A stretch of DNA of 64,000 nt from Anaerolineae bacterium (GCA_027021705.1 JALUTT010000144.1:1-64000), one strand, 5' to 3'; counted from the stretch's first letter, positions 40,412 through 50,600 are shown. Numbers and translations: made by a program. Notes: generated from the letters alone by a model not told the origin.

Positions 40412-41215
40412 ATGCGCATCCTTGTCGCCATCAAGCGGATTCTCGACCCTTCGGGTATGGTGGTCAACCGGCGTCGGGAGCGGATCTTCATCAACCGGGA
40501 GGAGTACTTCATCAACCCGGCGGACCGACACGCCCTGGAGATGGCCCTGCAGCTCAAGGACCGCGAGGGGGCCGAGGTGATCGTCGTCAGTCGGGGACCG
40601 GCCCGACCGGGGGCGGAGGCGCAGTCCGATGCTTCGGCCCGCTGGGCGCTGGCGATGGGGGCCGACCGGGCCATCCATCTCCAGGACGAAGCGCTCCTTC
40701 AGGCCGACGGCACGGTGGTCGCCCGGGTGCTGGCCGCCGTCGTCGAGCGGCTGGGGGCGGTGGACCTGGTGCTGATGGGGCGGCAGGCTCTGGACGGGAT
40801 GACGGGGGAGGAGGGGCCCCGCCTGGCCGAGGTGTTGGGCTGGCCCTCGGTGGTGGGGGCGGTTGCCCTGGAGCCGGTCAACGGCTCCCTTCGCGTAGTC
40901 ATCCGGTCGGGTGAGGGGTTCCAGGGGCTGGAGGTGCCGCTGCCCGCCCTCGTCACCGTGGACCGGGAGGTCAACAAGCCTCGCTATCCCCAGGGCCGCC
41001 GCCTGATCAACGTCTACCGCGACCCCGAGGCCGTGGAGCACTGGACGGCGGAGATGTTGGGGCTGGAGGTCGGGCAACTGACCCCGCTGGTTCAGTCCCG
41101 GGGGCGGGCTTTTCCCGCGCCCCGGACGCTGGGGAGCCGGGCCGAGAGCGTCGAGGAGCTGGCTCAAGCTCTGGCCCGGTACATCTCTCCGTTCAATCCG
41201 CTTGGAAACGGATAG
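40412..41215 (+). CDS. etfB: Electron transfer flavoprotein beta subunit
   Basis: INPAD..ALEMALQLK, ALAMGADRA, GRQALDG.TG, PRYP. Confidence 0.9.
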   Translation: MRILVAIKRILDPSGMVVNRRRERIFINREEYFINPADRHALEMALQLKDREGAEVIVVSRGPARPGAEAQSDASARWALAMGADRAIHLQDEALLQADGTVVARVLAAVVERLGAVDLVLMGRQALDGMTGEEGPRLAEVLGWPSVVGAVALEPVNGSLRVVIRSGEGFQGLEVPLPALVTVDREVNKPRYPQGRRLINVYRDPEAVEHWTAEMLGLEVGQLTPLVQSRGRAFPAPRTLGSRAESVEELAQALARYISPFNPLGNG

Positions 41216-41740
41216 CTGTCAGCGGATTTGAGAACGGATTGAGCGGATGGGGGACGGCGGCTCTCTGTAGGCGGTTCACCGAAATCCGCTTGAGGGGGTG
41301 CCGGCTCCGTTCAATCCGCTCCCCTAATCCGTTGACAGCAAGCCGTTTGGGAACGGATAGCTGTCAGCGGATTTGAGAACGGATTGAGCGGATGGGGGGC
41401 GGCGGCTCTCCGTAGGCGGTTCATCGAAATCCGCTTGAGAGGGTGCCGGTTCCGTTCAATCCGCTCCCCTAATCCGTTGACAGCAGTCCGCTTGGGAAGG
41501 GATTGAGCGGATGGGAGGCAACGCCTCTCCGTTCAATCCGCTTCCCTAATCCGGTGATTGCCCATATCTTTGGAGATAGGGGGACGAGCCGTCCACGAAT
41601 GGGGCACGAATACACGAATTAGGGGCCGCCTCATTCGTGCATTCGTGGGAAATTCGTGGACGGCCCGCTACGGACCACTCTCTCGCTCACTTGTGGGTAA
41701 TCACCGCTCCCCTAATCCGTTGACAGCAGTCCGCTTGGAA
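41188..41740. repeat. Tandem ~145-bp imperfect palindromic repeat (about 2.5 units) with nested MITE A
   Basis: AACGGATAGCTGTCAGC at 41207 and 41352; GCGGATT.../...AATCCG(C/T) inverted arms. Confidence 0.88.
41552..41706. mobile_element. MITE family A, full copy
   Basis: TIRs CGGTGATTGCCCA / TGGGTAATCACCG; flanks CTTCCCTAATC / CTCCCCTAATC. Confidence 0.85.
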
Positions 41741-41754
41741 TCGGGAGCACGAAC

Positions 41755-42825
41755 ATGGACCTGGAATACCTCCAGAGGTTGATGGGAGAAGAAGAGGCCG
41801 TCGTTGAGGAGGCGGCCGGCGGGGCCGGCGGCATCTGGACCGTCGCCGAGATCGAAGTCGGGGAGCTGACTCCCCTGAGCCTGGCCCTGGTGGGGAAGGC
41901 GCGGGAGTGGGGGGACGCCCTGGGCACCTACGTGCGGGTGGCGCTGCTGGGCGCTCCTGAGGGAGCCGAGGGCGGCTCCCATCGCCCCTACGCCGACCTG
42001 GCCGGCGACCTCATCGCCGCCGGGGCCGACACCGTCCACTGGATCGCCGATCCGGCGCTGTCCGGCTACCCCCTGGAGCCCACCCTGCACGCCCTGACCA
42101 CCCTCTTCGACGAGCGTCGGCCGGAGTTCATCCTGCTGGGCGCGACGGCGGCCAATGAGAACCTGGCTCCCCGGCTGACCCAGCGGCTGGGGACGGCCCT
42201 CCTGGCCAACTGCGTCGCCATCCGGTTGGACGAGGTGGAGCGGGTGCTCATCGGCCACCGGCCGGCCTACGAGGGGGAGTACTACGAGGTCGTCGTCGCC
42301 CCCCAGGCCCAGCCCCAGATCGCCACGGTGCAGCCGGAGGCCCTGGCGGAGCCCTACCTGGACCGCTCCCGGAGCGGCGGGGTAGAGGAAGTCCTGCTCT
42401 CGCTGGAGGAGGTCACGCCTCGGATTCGCCCCGTCGGCGCGGTCTCCGTGGACCTGCCGCCGGTGCCCTTGCGCCGGGCCCGGCGCATCGTCGCCGGCGG
42501 GCGGGACGTGGGCAACTTCGGCCTGGTGGAGAGGCTGGCCGGGATGCTGGGGGCCCACGTGGCCGGTGACCGGGGGGCCTGGCACGAGGGCTGGATCGAG
42601 GAGGAGCAGGTCATCGGCCTCACGGGCGCCCGCGTGGCCCCCGACCTCTACGTGGCCTGTGGCATCCGAGGGGACACCGCCCACCTCTTCGGCATCCAGG
42701 ACGCCCGCTTCGTCGTCGCCATCCACCCCGACCCCACCGCTCCCATCTTCCAGGCGGCCGACTTGGGGCTGGTGGCCGATCCGCAAGAGGCGCTGCCCGC
42801 CCTGATCGAGGCGCTGTCCTCCTGA
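41755..42825 (+). CDS. etfA: Electron transfer flavoprotein alpha subunit
   Basis: AGAD, LAPRL..RL, ATVQP, IVAGGR, IGLTGARVAPDLYVACGI.G, DP.APIF.AAD. Confidence 0.9.
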   Translation: MDLEYLQRLMGEEEAVVEEAAGGAGGIWTVAEIEVGELTPLSLALVGKAREWGDALGTYVRVALLGAPEGAEGGSHRPYADLAGDLIAAGADTVHWIADPALSGYPLEPTLHALTTLFDERRPEFILLGATAANENLAPRLTQRLGTALLANCVAIRLDEVERVLIGHRPAYEGEYYEVVVAPQAQPQIATVQPEALAEPYLDRSRSGGVEEVLLSLEEVTPRIRPVGAVSVDLPPVPLRRARRIVAGGRDVGNFGLVERLAGMLGAHVAGDRGAWHEGWIEEEQVIGLTGARVAPDLYVACGIRGDTAHLFGIQDARFVVAIHPDPTAPIFQAADLGLVADPQEALPALIEALSS

Positions 42826-42830
42826 TAGCG

Positions 42831-42931
42831 GCACCCTCCCGCAGGTTTCCGCCACGGCCTGAAGCGCGTCCTAGGCGATCTCCGGTAGACCATTGCGGTC
42901 GCCCGGCACCGGGTGGCCTGCGGGAGGGTGC
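42831..42931. repeat. Family B-related element (same ends, different interior)
   Basis: GCACCCTCCCGCAGG ... CCTGCGGGAGGGTGC perfect 15-bp inverted ends. Confidence 0.8.
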
Positions 42932-42941
42932 ACACCTCCTC

Positions 42942-42970
42942 TTGCTTTTCCTCCCAAGATGGGGTAAACT
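42942..42970 (+). promoter_or_regulatory. Putative sigma70 promoter of the V4R gene
   Basis: TTGCTT-17-TAAACT. Confidence 0.5.
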
Positions 42971-43054
42971 AGGCATACCCTTGGCGCAAATAGGGTCCAG
43001 GCCCTGTTTGCCTCCGTGTTGAGAGAGGTTGGACAGCGAGGAGGAGGGTGCGTT

Positions 43055-43720
43055 ATGGAGATTCGCCTCAAGCCGGATGACCCTATGCTGGGTCTCCCGA
43101 TGACGGACGCCTACCTACGGTGGGCGTTGCAGGCGGTGGAGGAGGTGGCCGGCGACAAGGGGATGCGGGTGATCCTGCGGCAGGCGGGCCTGGAACACCT
43201 TATTGGCAATTATCCTCCTAACCAGATGGTCTTCACCGGGCACACCTTCAAGGAATATGCCGACCTCAACCGGGCGATCCTGGAGTTCTACGGACGGGCA
43301 GGAGCCAGTTTCGTCCGCCGCATCGGTCGCCTCTCGGCCCGCCGCTCTATCGAAGAGCAGGATCGGCTCTTCGGCCTAGGGCGTCTGGCCCTCAAGCTGA
43401 TGTCCACCAACGTCCAGCTCAAGATGGGGCTGATCAGCATGGCCCATGGCTTCAAGACGCTGTACAAAGAGGCAGGCGTCGAGGTGGACCATCGGGTCGA
43501 GGAGCACGAGGACCATTTCACCTACTCCATCGTTCACTGCCCCTGCTGTGCCGGAATGGAGGCCGATCGCCCCATCTGTGGGATGTGGCTGGGTGCCCTC
43601 TATGAGGGCGGGCTCTACATCACCGGGGGCAAGGTCTTCGAGTACCGGGAGATCGCCTGCCGGGCGCTGGGAGACCCGGCCTGTGTCTTCTGGATCAGTA
43701 AGACCCCTGTGAGCGGATGA
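43055..43720 (+). CDS. V4R domain protein
   Basis: CPCC...PIC...G...EIACRALGDPACVF. Confidence 0.85.
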   Translation: MEIRLKPDDPMLGLPMTDAYLRWALQAVEEVAGDKGMRVILRQAGLEHLIGNYPPNQMVFTGHTFKEYADLNRAILEFYGRAGASFVRRIGRLSARRSIEEQDRLFGLGRLALKLMSTNVQLKMGLISMAHGFKTLYKEAGVEVDHRVEEHEDHFTYSIVHCPCCAGMEADRPICGMWLGALYEGGLYITGGKVFEYREIACRALGDPACVFWISKTPVSG

Positions 43721-44577
43721 TGACGACAGGCGGGCGTGGCAGGCAGGCCCTGCCCTCTGGGAGGGGAGCTGGTGCCTCCCCCAGGGACAAGCGGATCTCG
43801 CTGGCGGAAGCGGCCGCCCTGGTCCGAGAGGGGGACACGTTGGCCTTGGGCGGCCTGACCCTCTACCGGCGGCCTGTGGCCTTCGTCCGGGCCCTCCTTC
43901 GGCGTCCCGATCCCCCCCGTCACCTAACGCTGCTGGCCCTCACGGCCGGCTTCGAGTCCGACCTGCTGGTCGGGGCCGGCTTGGTCGAGCGGGTGCGCAC
44001 CTGCTACTTCGGCCTGGAGGTCTTCGGCCTGGCCCCGATGTTCACCCAGGCGGCCGGCGAAGGTCGCTTGACCATCGTGGAGGAGACGGAGGCCAGCATC
44101 GCCTTTGGGCTGCGGGCCACCCTGGCCGGCGTTAGCTTTATGCCCGGCCTGGGCTGGCTGGGCACCGAGATGCTCTCCGTCCGTCCCGACGTCAAGGTGG
44201 TCCAGGACCCCTACGGCGAGGGGGAGTACGTCGCCTTCCCCGCCATTGCCTGCGACGTCGCGGTGCTCCACGCCCTGCGGGCCGACCGGGAGGGAAACGC
44301 CGTCCTGGGGGGCAACTTGGGGATAGACCAAGAGCTGGCGATGGCGGCGCGGCGGGTGATCGTGACGGCCGAGGAGGTCGTGGAGCGGCTGGATGAGCCG
44401 CTGGACCTGGCCGGCCTGGTGGTAGATGGGGTCGTGCTGGCCCCGAGAGGTGCTTGGCCCACCTCCTGCTACCCCTTCTACCCCCTCGATGGCGAGGCGT
44501 TGCTCCGTTACGTGGAAGCCTGTCCGGTCCACTTTGCGGACTATCTGGATGCGTGGCTGCGAGGGGATGACGAATGA
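43717..44577 (+). CDS. CoA-transferase family subunit A (GctA-like)
   Basis: ISLAEAAALVREGD.LALGG, LRATLAGV.FMP, HA.RAD.EGN, P.GAWPTSCYP.Y. Confidence 0.85.
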   Translation: MMTTGGRGRQALPSGRGAGASPRDKRISLAEAAALVREGDTLALGGLTLYRRPVAFVRALLRRPDPPRHLTLLALTAGFESDLLVGAGLVERVRTCYFGLEVFGLAPMFTQAAGEGRLTIVEETEASIAFGLRATLAGVSFMPGLGWLGTEMLSVRPDVKVVQDPYGEGEYVAFPAIACDVAVLHALRADREGNAVLGGNLGIDQELAMAARRVIVTAEEVVERLDEPLDLAGLVVDGVVLAPRGAWPTSCYPFYPLDGEALLRYVEACPVHFADYLDAWLRGDDE

Positions 44578-44602
44578 CAGGGGGAGAGGGGACGAACGAC
44601 TA

Positions 44603-44631
44603 TTGACCGACCCTTGCGAGGGTGCTACAAT
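44603..44631 (+). promoter_or_regulatory. Internal sigma70-like promoter between subunits A and B
   Basis: TTGACC-17-TACAAT with extended TG. Confidence 0.6.
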
Positions 44632-44732
44632 GGTTGGTACAGGCGATGCGGGGGGGCAGACGTTGACTTTCGGTCTCCCTCTCGCTCGAACGGACTTTGA
44701 GATGCCAACGGTGGTGTAGCAGGGGAGGGGGT

Positions 44733-45575
44733 GTGGAGACCACAAAGTTTGCCGACGACTTCACCGTAGATGAATTGATCTCCGTCTGCATTGCCCGCCA
44801 GATCGCCAACGGGGAGCTGATCGTCCAGGGATTGGCGACCCCGCTGGTGATGGCGGGCTACATTTTGGCCAAGCTGACCCACGCTCCCGACATCCTCTTC
44901 GCCTCGGCCATTGGCCAGTCCCTTTGCCGGGATTGGGCGCCGCCGAGCCTGAGCCACGCTGAAGCGATGTGGATGGACAAGGCCCTCATCACCTTCGGCT
45001 TCACCCGCGTGGCGACGGAGTTGCTCCCCCGCTTCCGCCCCAAGGAGTTCTTCCGCCCGGCCCAGGTGGACCCCTATGGCAACACCAACAACGTCTTCAT
45101 CGGCCAGGACTACCGCCGTCCACGTCTGCGCCTGCCCGGCTCCGGCGGCATCGCCGACGTGACCACCTACGGAGACCAGGCTTACTTGTATGTGCCTCGT
45201 CACAGCCGCATCATCTTCGTGGAGCGGCTGGACTTTCGCAGCGGCCTGGGGCACCATCCGGCCCGCAAGCGGGGTCGGGGTCCCCGTTACTTGGTCTCCG
45301 ACCTGGGCCAGTTCGACTTCGAGGGGCCGGAGGGCCGAATGCGGCTGGTGACCCTGCATCCCGGCGTTACCCTGCGGCGGGTGCAGCGGAAGACCGGTTT
45401 CCCCCTGGAGGTCGCGCCAGACCTCCACGAGACGCCACCTCCGACGGCTGAGGAAGTCCGCCTGCTGCGGGAGGTCGTTGACCCCTTAGGCATCCGCCGT
45501 CTGGAGCTGCTTAGCGGCCAGGCCCGCCGTCAGATGTTGCGGGAGATTTTGGCCCGGGAATCGGGAGGGGCGTGA
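44733..45575 (+). CDS. CoA-transferase family subunit B (GctB-like)
   Basis: AQVDPYGN.N, RLPGSGG..D, H..RIFVERLDF, LHPGVT, PPTAEE..LLREVVDP. Confidence 0.85.
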   Translation: METTKFADDFTVDELISVCIARQIANGELIVQGLATPLVMAGYILAKLTHAPDILFASAIGQSLCRDWAPPSLSHAEAMWMDKALITFGFTRVATELLPRFRPKEFFRPAQVDPYGNTNNVFIGQDYRRPRLRLPGSGGIADVTTYGDQAYLYVPRHSRIIFVERLDFRSGLGHHPARKRGRGPRYLVSDLGQFDFEGPEGRMRLVTLHPGVTLRRVQRKTGFPLEVAPDLHETPPPTAEEVRLLREVVDPLGIRRLELLSGQARRQMLREILARESGGA

Positions 45576-45596
45576 CCTATCACGCCCCTCTTTTTT
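45565..45596 (+). terminator. Intrinsic terminator
   Basis: GAGGGGCGTGA-CCTA-TCACGCCCCTC followed by T6. Confidence 0.85.
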
Positions 45597-45621
45597 CGTC
45601 CGATGAACCAGCTACCTGACC

Positions 45622-45730
45622 GTTCACCCTCCCGCAGGTTAGGCGCGTTTCCGACGCGAAACCGTGCTTCCAATAGCCCATCGGAGCTGAAGGCGCCCTC
45701 GATCGGTGACCTGCGGGAGGGTAGGCTGAA
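45622..45730. repeat. Repeat family B copy
   Basis: Near-identical to 18511-18619. Confidence 0.85.
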
Positions 45731-45771
45731 CAGGAGAAAGCCGTCTTTGTAGTCTCTTCTAGGAGGGAACG

Positions 45772-47013
45772 ATGATTGGAGAAGCCGCGATTCCAGGGAT
45801 GGCCCCACCGGTGGATTGGGACCTCTACCTGGCCGGTCGAACCTCTCAGATGGAAAGCTCGGTCATCCGTGAACTGCTGAAGCTGACTGCCCAACCCGAT
45901 GTCATCTCCTTCGCCGGCGGCCTGCCTGCCCCGGAGTTCTTCCCCATCCGGGAGTTCGAGGAGGCTTGCCGCTACATCCTGCGCCACGAAGGCCGGGTTG
46001 CCCTCCAGTACAGCCCCACGGAGGGGTACATGCCCCTCAAAGAGTACCTGGCCGAGGCGATGGCCAAGTACGGCATCGAGGAGAAGCCGGAGAACATCCT
46101 GCTGACCAACGGATCCCAGCAGGCTCTAGACCTGTTGGGCAAGATCTTCCTCGATCCGGGGGACTACGTGCTGACCAGCCGCCCTACCTACGTGGGGGCG
46201 ATCCAAGCCTGGCGGGCCTATGAGGCCAACTTCCTCACCGTCCCTCTGGATGACGATGGCATGGTGGTGGACGAGGTGGATAAAGTGGTGGTGGCCCAGC
46301 CGGTCAAGTTCGTCTACGTCCTCCCCAACTTCCACAACCCGGCCGGCACGACACTCCCCTTGGAGCGCCGCCAGCGCCTGGTGGAGATCGCCCGTCGTCA
46401 CAACCTGATCATCGTCGAAGACGATCCCTACGGCGAGCTTCGCTACGAGGGCGAGGACATCATCCCCATCTGGGCCCTGGCTCCGGAGCGGACCATCTAC
46501 CTGAGCACCTTCTCCAAGACGCTGGCGCCGGGCATCCGGTTGGGCTGGATCGTCGCGCCGCAGCCGATTATGCGGCGGTTCGTCCAGGCCAAGCAGGGGA
46601 CGGACCTGCACACGGGCACCTTCGTCCAGATGATCGCCAACGACATCTGTCAGCGGGGCATCCTGCGCCAGCACGTCAAGCGGCTGCGCAAGGTCTACGG
46701 GGAGCGCCGGGACGTGATGCTGGCCTCGATGGAGCGATACTGGCCCGAGGAGGCTCGGTGGACCCACCCCCAGGGCGGGCTCTTCCTCTGGGCGCGGGTG
46801 CCCTCATCCATTGACACGGCCGACTTCCTGAAGAAGGCAGTGGCCGAGAAGGTTGCCTACGTGCCCGGTTTCGCCTTCTACCCCTCGGGGGACGATGGGC
46901 ACAACGCGATGCGCCTCAACTTCTCCAACGCCACGCCGGAGAAGATCGAGGAAGGCATCCGCCGGCTGGGCGCGGCCCTGAAGAAGGAGCTGGCCGGCAG
47001 CCTTTCCCTCTGA
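45772..47013 (+). CDS. lysN: PLP-dependent aminotransferase class I/II, LysN (2-aminoadipate transaminase)-like
   Basis: SS.IRELLKLT..P.VISFAGGLPAPE, NGSQQALDL, PNFHNPAG, EDDPY, TFSK.LAPG.RLG; substrate inferred. Confidence 0.7.
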   Translation: MIGEAAIPGMAPPVDWDLYLAGRTSQMESSVIRELLKLTAQPDVISFAGGLPAPEFFPIREFEEACRYILRHEGRVALQYSPTEGYMPLKEYLAEAMAKYGIEEKPENILLTNGSQQALDLLGKIFLDPGDYVLTSRPTYVGAIQAWRAYEANFLTVPLDDDGMVVDEVDKVVVAQPVKFVYVLPNFHNPAGTTLPLERRQRLVEIARRHNLIIVEDDPYGELRYEGEDIIPIWALAPERTIYLSTFSKTLAPGIRLGWIVAPQPIMRRFVQAKQGTDLHTGTFVQMIANDICQRGILRQHVKRLRKVYGERRDVMLASMERYWPEEARWTHPQGGLFLWARVPSSIDTADFLKKAVAEKVAYVPGFAFYPSGDDGHNAMRLNFSNATPEKIEEGIRRLGAALKKELAGSLSL

Positions 47014-47062
47014 ATGGGGAAGCCGCCGGCCGCGCGCTCCGGGAAAATCTGGGTTGAAGCAG

Positions 47063-47091
47063 GGTGGCGAAGGGCACAGCCCTTCGCCACC
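47063..47091. terminator. Strong hairpin after the aminotransferase gene
   Basis: GGTGGCGAAGGGC-ACA-GCCCTTCGCCACC; only a weak U tract. Confidence 0.5.
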
Positions 47092-47108
47092 TGTTATTCG
47101 GCCTAGCG

Positions 47109-47160
47109 CGGTGATTACCCATAAGGGCCGGGCAGATTCCCGAGATGTGGGTAATCACGA
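47109..47160. mobile_element. MITE family A, minimal ~52-bp copy
   Basis: CGGTGATTACCCATA...TGTGGGTAATCAC; degenerate flank duplication cGGCCTaGCg / aGGCCTgGCc. Confidence 0.7.
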
Positions 47161-47172
47161 AGGCCTGGCCCC

Positions 47173-47201
47173 TTGCGATGGAAAAGGGCTCGCGTTATAA
47201 T
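47173..47201 (+). promoter_or_regulatory. Sigma70 promoter for thioesterase (and probably the NLR)
   Basis: TTGCGA-17-TATAAT. Confidence 0.7.
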
Positions 47202-47254
47202 GGCGGTGTCGGCGGCCTTCGTCCGCCCAGGCAATCCCATCCCAGGAGGTGGCT

Positions 47255-47674
47255 ATGGACCCGGCTTCCGTCGTCGAAACGACCTTCCACGTCCGCTACG
47301 CCGAGACGGACCAGATGGGGGTCGTGCACCACAGCGTCTACGTCATTTGGTTTGAGGAGGGGAGGAGTGCCTGGTTGCGCGCCCGGGGCACCAGCTACGC
47401 CGAGGTGGAGGCCGGCGGTCACTTCTTCGCCGTCAGCGAGGTCCACGTGCGCTACCTGGCCCCGGCCCGCTACGACCGTGCCGTGACCGTGCGCACCTGG
47501 CCCTCCCGTCTCGGCAGCCGGGGCTTCACCCTGGAGTACGAGGTGGTGGACACGGAGAGCGGCCAACTCTTGGCCACCGGCTCCACCCGCCACATCTGCC
47601 TGGACCGGGAGGGCCGGGTGACGCGCATCCCGGGGGCTTGGCGGAAGGTCCTCGCCTCTGTTGACCGTTCGTAG
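47255..47674 (+). CDS. Acyl-CoA thioesterase (YbgC/FadM hotdog family)
   Basis: VRYAETDQMGVVHH..Y..WFEEGR, RYLAPARYD. Confidence 0.92.
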   Translation: MDPASVVETTFHVRYAETDQMGVVHHSVYVIWFEEGRSAWLRARGTSYAEVEAGGHFFAVSEVHVRYLAPARYDRAVTVRTWPSRLGSRGFTLEYEVVDTESGQLLATGSTRHICLDREGRVTRIPGAWRKVLASVDRS

Positions 47675-47683
47675 GAGGGTTCG

Positions 47684-50600
47684 GTGAACCAACCCAACCT
47701 TGCAGCCGCCCTGGAGCGCATCCGCCGGGGCCGGGAGAGGCCGGAGGACCTGGCCCTGCTGGCCCGGGCCGTGCGGGAGGGCCGTGTGGTGCTGGCCACC
47801 GGCGAACGGGCCGTGGCGTTGGGCGGCGACGCTCAGGACGTGGTCATCGTCACCGGCGACAAGAACGTGGTCACCGTGCTGCGAGGGGTGGAGCGGGAGC
47901 GGCTGTACCGGAGGCTCCCCCTGTTTAACGTTCCCGAACTCCCCACCCACTACCTCCCCCGTGAGGAGGAGCTGGCCCACGTGCGAGAGCGGTTGCTCCG
48001 CTCCGAGGGGGAGGTGGTGGGCATCGTGGGGGTGCGGGGGATGGGCGGCATCGGCAAAACGGTGCTGGCCGCGGCCCTGGCCCGCGATTCCGCTGTGCGG
48101 GCCGCTTTCCCCGACGGCGTCGTCTGGCTCTCCTTGGGCCGGGAGCCAAAGCTGGTTGCCCGCCAGGAAGACCTGGCTCTGGCTCTCACCGGACGGCGGG
48201 AACGGTTCCGCGATTCCGTTCAGGGCAAGGGGTTGCTACGCTCGCTGGTGGGGGACAAGGCAGCCCTGGTGGTGTTGGACGACGTGTGGGAGGCCCGCCA
48301 TGTGGAAGCCTTCCAGGTGCTGGGCGAGAGGGGCCGTCTGCTCCTCACCACCCGCAACCAGGACGTGCTGGACACCGTGGGGGCGCAGACCTATCCCCTG
48401 GATGTCCTCTCCAAGGAGCAAGCGTGGCAGCTCCTGGCCGACTGGGCCGGCCGGCCGGTGGAGGCCCTCCCCGTCGAGGCCAAACAAGTGGCCCACGAGT
48501 GCGGCTACCTTCCCTTGGCCCTGGCGATGGTGGGCGCTGCTGTGCGGTATGGTATATCTTGGAAGAGGGTTCTCCACCGCCTGCAAAAGGCTGACTTGGA
48601 GAAGCTGAAGACCCGCTTCCCCGGCTATCCCTACCCCAACCTGTTGGTCGCGCTGGAGGTCAGCGTCGAGGCGCTGGACGAAGAGGCCCGCGAGCGCTAC
48701 CACGACCTGGCCGTCTTCCCCGAGGAGGAGCCCATCCCCCTGGATGTACTAGCGATCTTTTGGGCCTCGTTGGAGTTGGATGAGGATGACATATGGGACC
48801 TGGCTGAAGGGTTCGTAAACCGCTCCCTGGCCCGCTGGGCCGACAAAGCACGGAGCGCCCTCACCCTGCATGATCTCCAGCACGACTACCTGCGCACGGT
48901 AAACAAGGCCCGGCTGCCTAATCTGCACCGGGGCCTGCTACGGGCTTATGCTTTCTCCCTGGGTGCGACAGATTACCCTCGCACCTCCATCCCTTGGGTA
49001 GAAATGCAACGCGCTTCGCTTCTACAATATTTCCGGGACCCCGATTTGTCTCCCGACTCTCGACACAGACACTTGGCACAGCACACTGTGCCCCTACGGT
49101 ATTTCTGGAACCACCTGGTGTACCATCACATCGGGGCCAGGTGGTGGACCCCCCTCTACGCAGTGCTGGCCGATTTTGATTTCCTGGAGGCCCGCTGTTG
49201 GGTGACGAGCCCTTACAACTTGGAGGCGGACTACCGCCGGGCCCTGGCTGCCTGGCCGGAAGGGGATGGGGAACGGCGCGGGGTGCTGGCCGCCTTCGAG
49301 GAGCGGGTGCGGCTGGAAGCCCCCCACATCGCCCGGGCTCCCGAGTGGCTCTTCCCCGCCCTCTACAACCACCTGACCTGGCTCGACGCACCCGACGGCC
49401 CCCTGCACCGCCTGTGCGAGGCGGCGGCCGAGGGGCGGCGGAACTGGCTGCGCAGCCGGCTGGACCCCCGCCCCGAGCCCCCCCTCTGGCTCTGCTCCCT
49501 GGAGGGGCACACCGAACCGGTGTTGGCTGTGGCGGTGAGCCCCGACGGGCGGTTCGTCGTCAGCGGGTCGTCGGACAAGACGGTGAAGGTGTGGGAGGCG
49601 GAGAGCGGCCGGCTGCTGCGCTCCCTGGAGGGGCACACCGATGTGGTGTGGGCCGTGGCAGTAAGCCCTGACGGGCAGTTCGTCGTCAGCGGGTCGTCCG
49701 ATGGGACGGTGAAGGTGTGGGAGCTGGAAAGCGGCCGGCTGCTGCGCTCCCTGGAGGGGCACACCGATGGTGTGAACGCCGTGGCGGTGAGCCCAGACGG
49801 GCGGTTCGTCGTCAGCGGGTCGTCCGACGGGACGGTGAGGGTGTGGGAGTTGGCCGGCGGCCGGCTGCTCCGCTCCCTGGAGGGGCACACCGATGGTGTG
49901 AACGCCGTGGCGGTGAGCCTGGATGGGCGGGTCGTCGTCAGCGGGTCGTCGGACAGAACGGTGAAGGTGTGGGAGATGGGGAGTGGCCGGCTGCTCCGCT
50001 CCCTAGAGGGGCACACCGAACCGGTGTGGACCGTGGCGGTGAGCCCCGACGGGCGGTTCCTCGTTAGCGGGTCAAGAGACGGGACAGTCAAGGTGTGGGA
50101 GATGGGGAGTGGCCGGCTGCTCCGCTCCCTGGAGGGGCACACCGGACCGGTGCGGGCCGTGGCGGTGAGCCCGGACGGGCAGTTCGTCGTTGGCGGGTCA
50201 TGGGACGGAACGGTGAAGGTGTGGGAGATGGCGAGCGGCCGACTGGTGTGTTCTCTGGAGGGTCATACTGGGGGGGTGAATGCCGTGGCGGTCAGCCCCG
50301 ATGGGCGGTTCGTCGTCGGCGGGTCGGATGATGGAACGGTGAAGGTGTGGGAGATGGCGAGCGGCCGACCGGTGTGTTCTCTGGAGGGTCATACTGGGGG
50401 GGTGAATGCCGTGGCGGTCAACCCCGACGGGCGAACCATCGTTAGCGGGTCGTCTGACTGCACCGTTAAGCTCTGGGAGGTGGTGAGCGGCCGACTACTG
50501 CGCTCCCTAAAGGATCATACCGGGGGAGTGAATGCTGTGGCAGTGTGCGGACGTTTCATCGCCAGCGGCTCAGCTGACGGCACGGTTAAGGTATGGGGAG

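Noticed and set aside
41188..41740. Possible CRISPR array
   Set aside because: Whole 145-bp units repeat, with no unique spacers and no cas genes
44640..44720. Fluoride riboswitch (starts GGCGATG)
   Set aside because: The remaining consensus and pseudoknot partner are absent, and the downstream gene is unrelated
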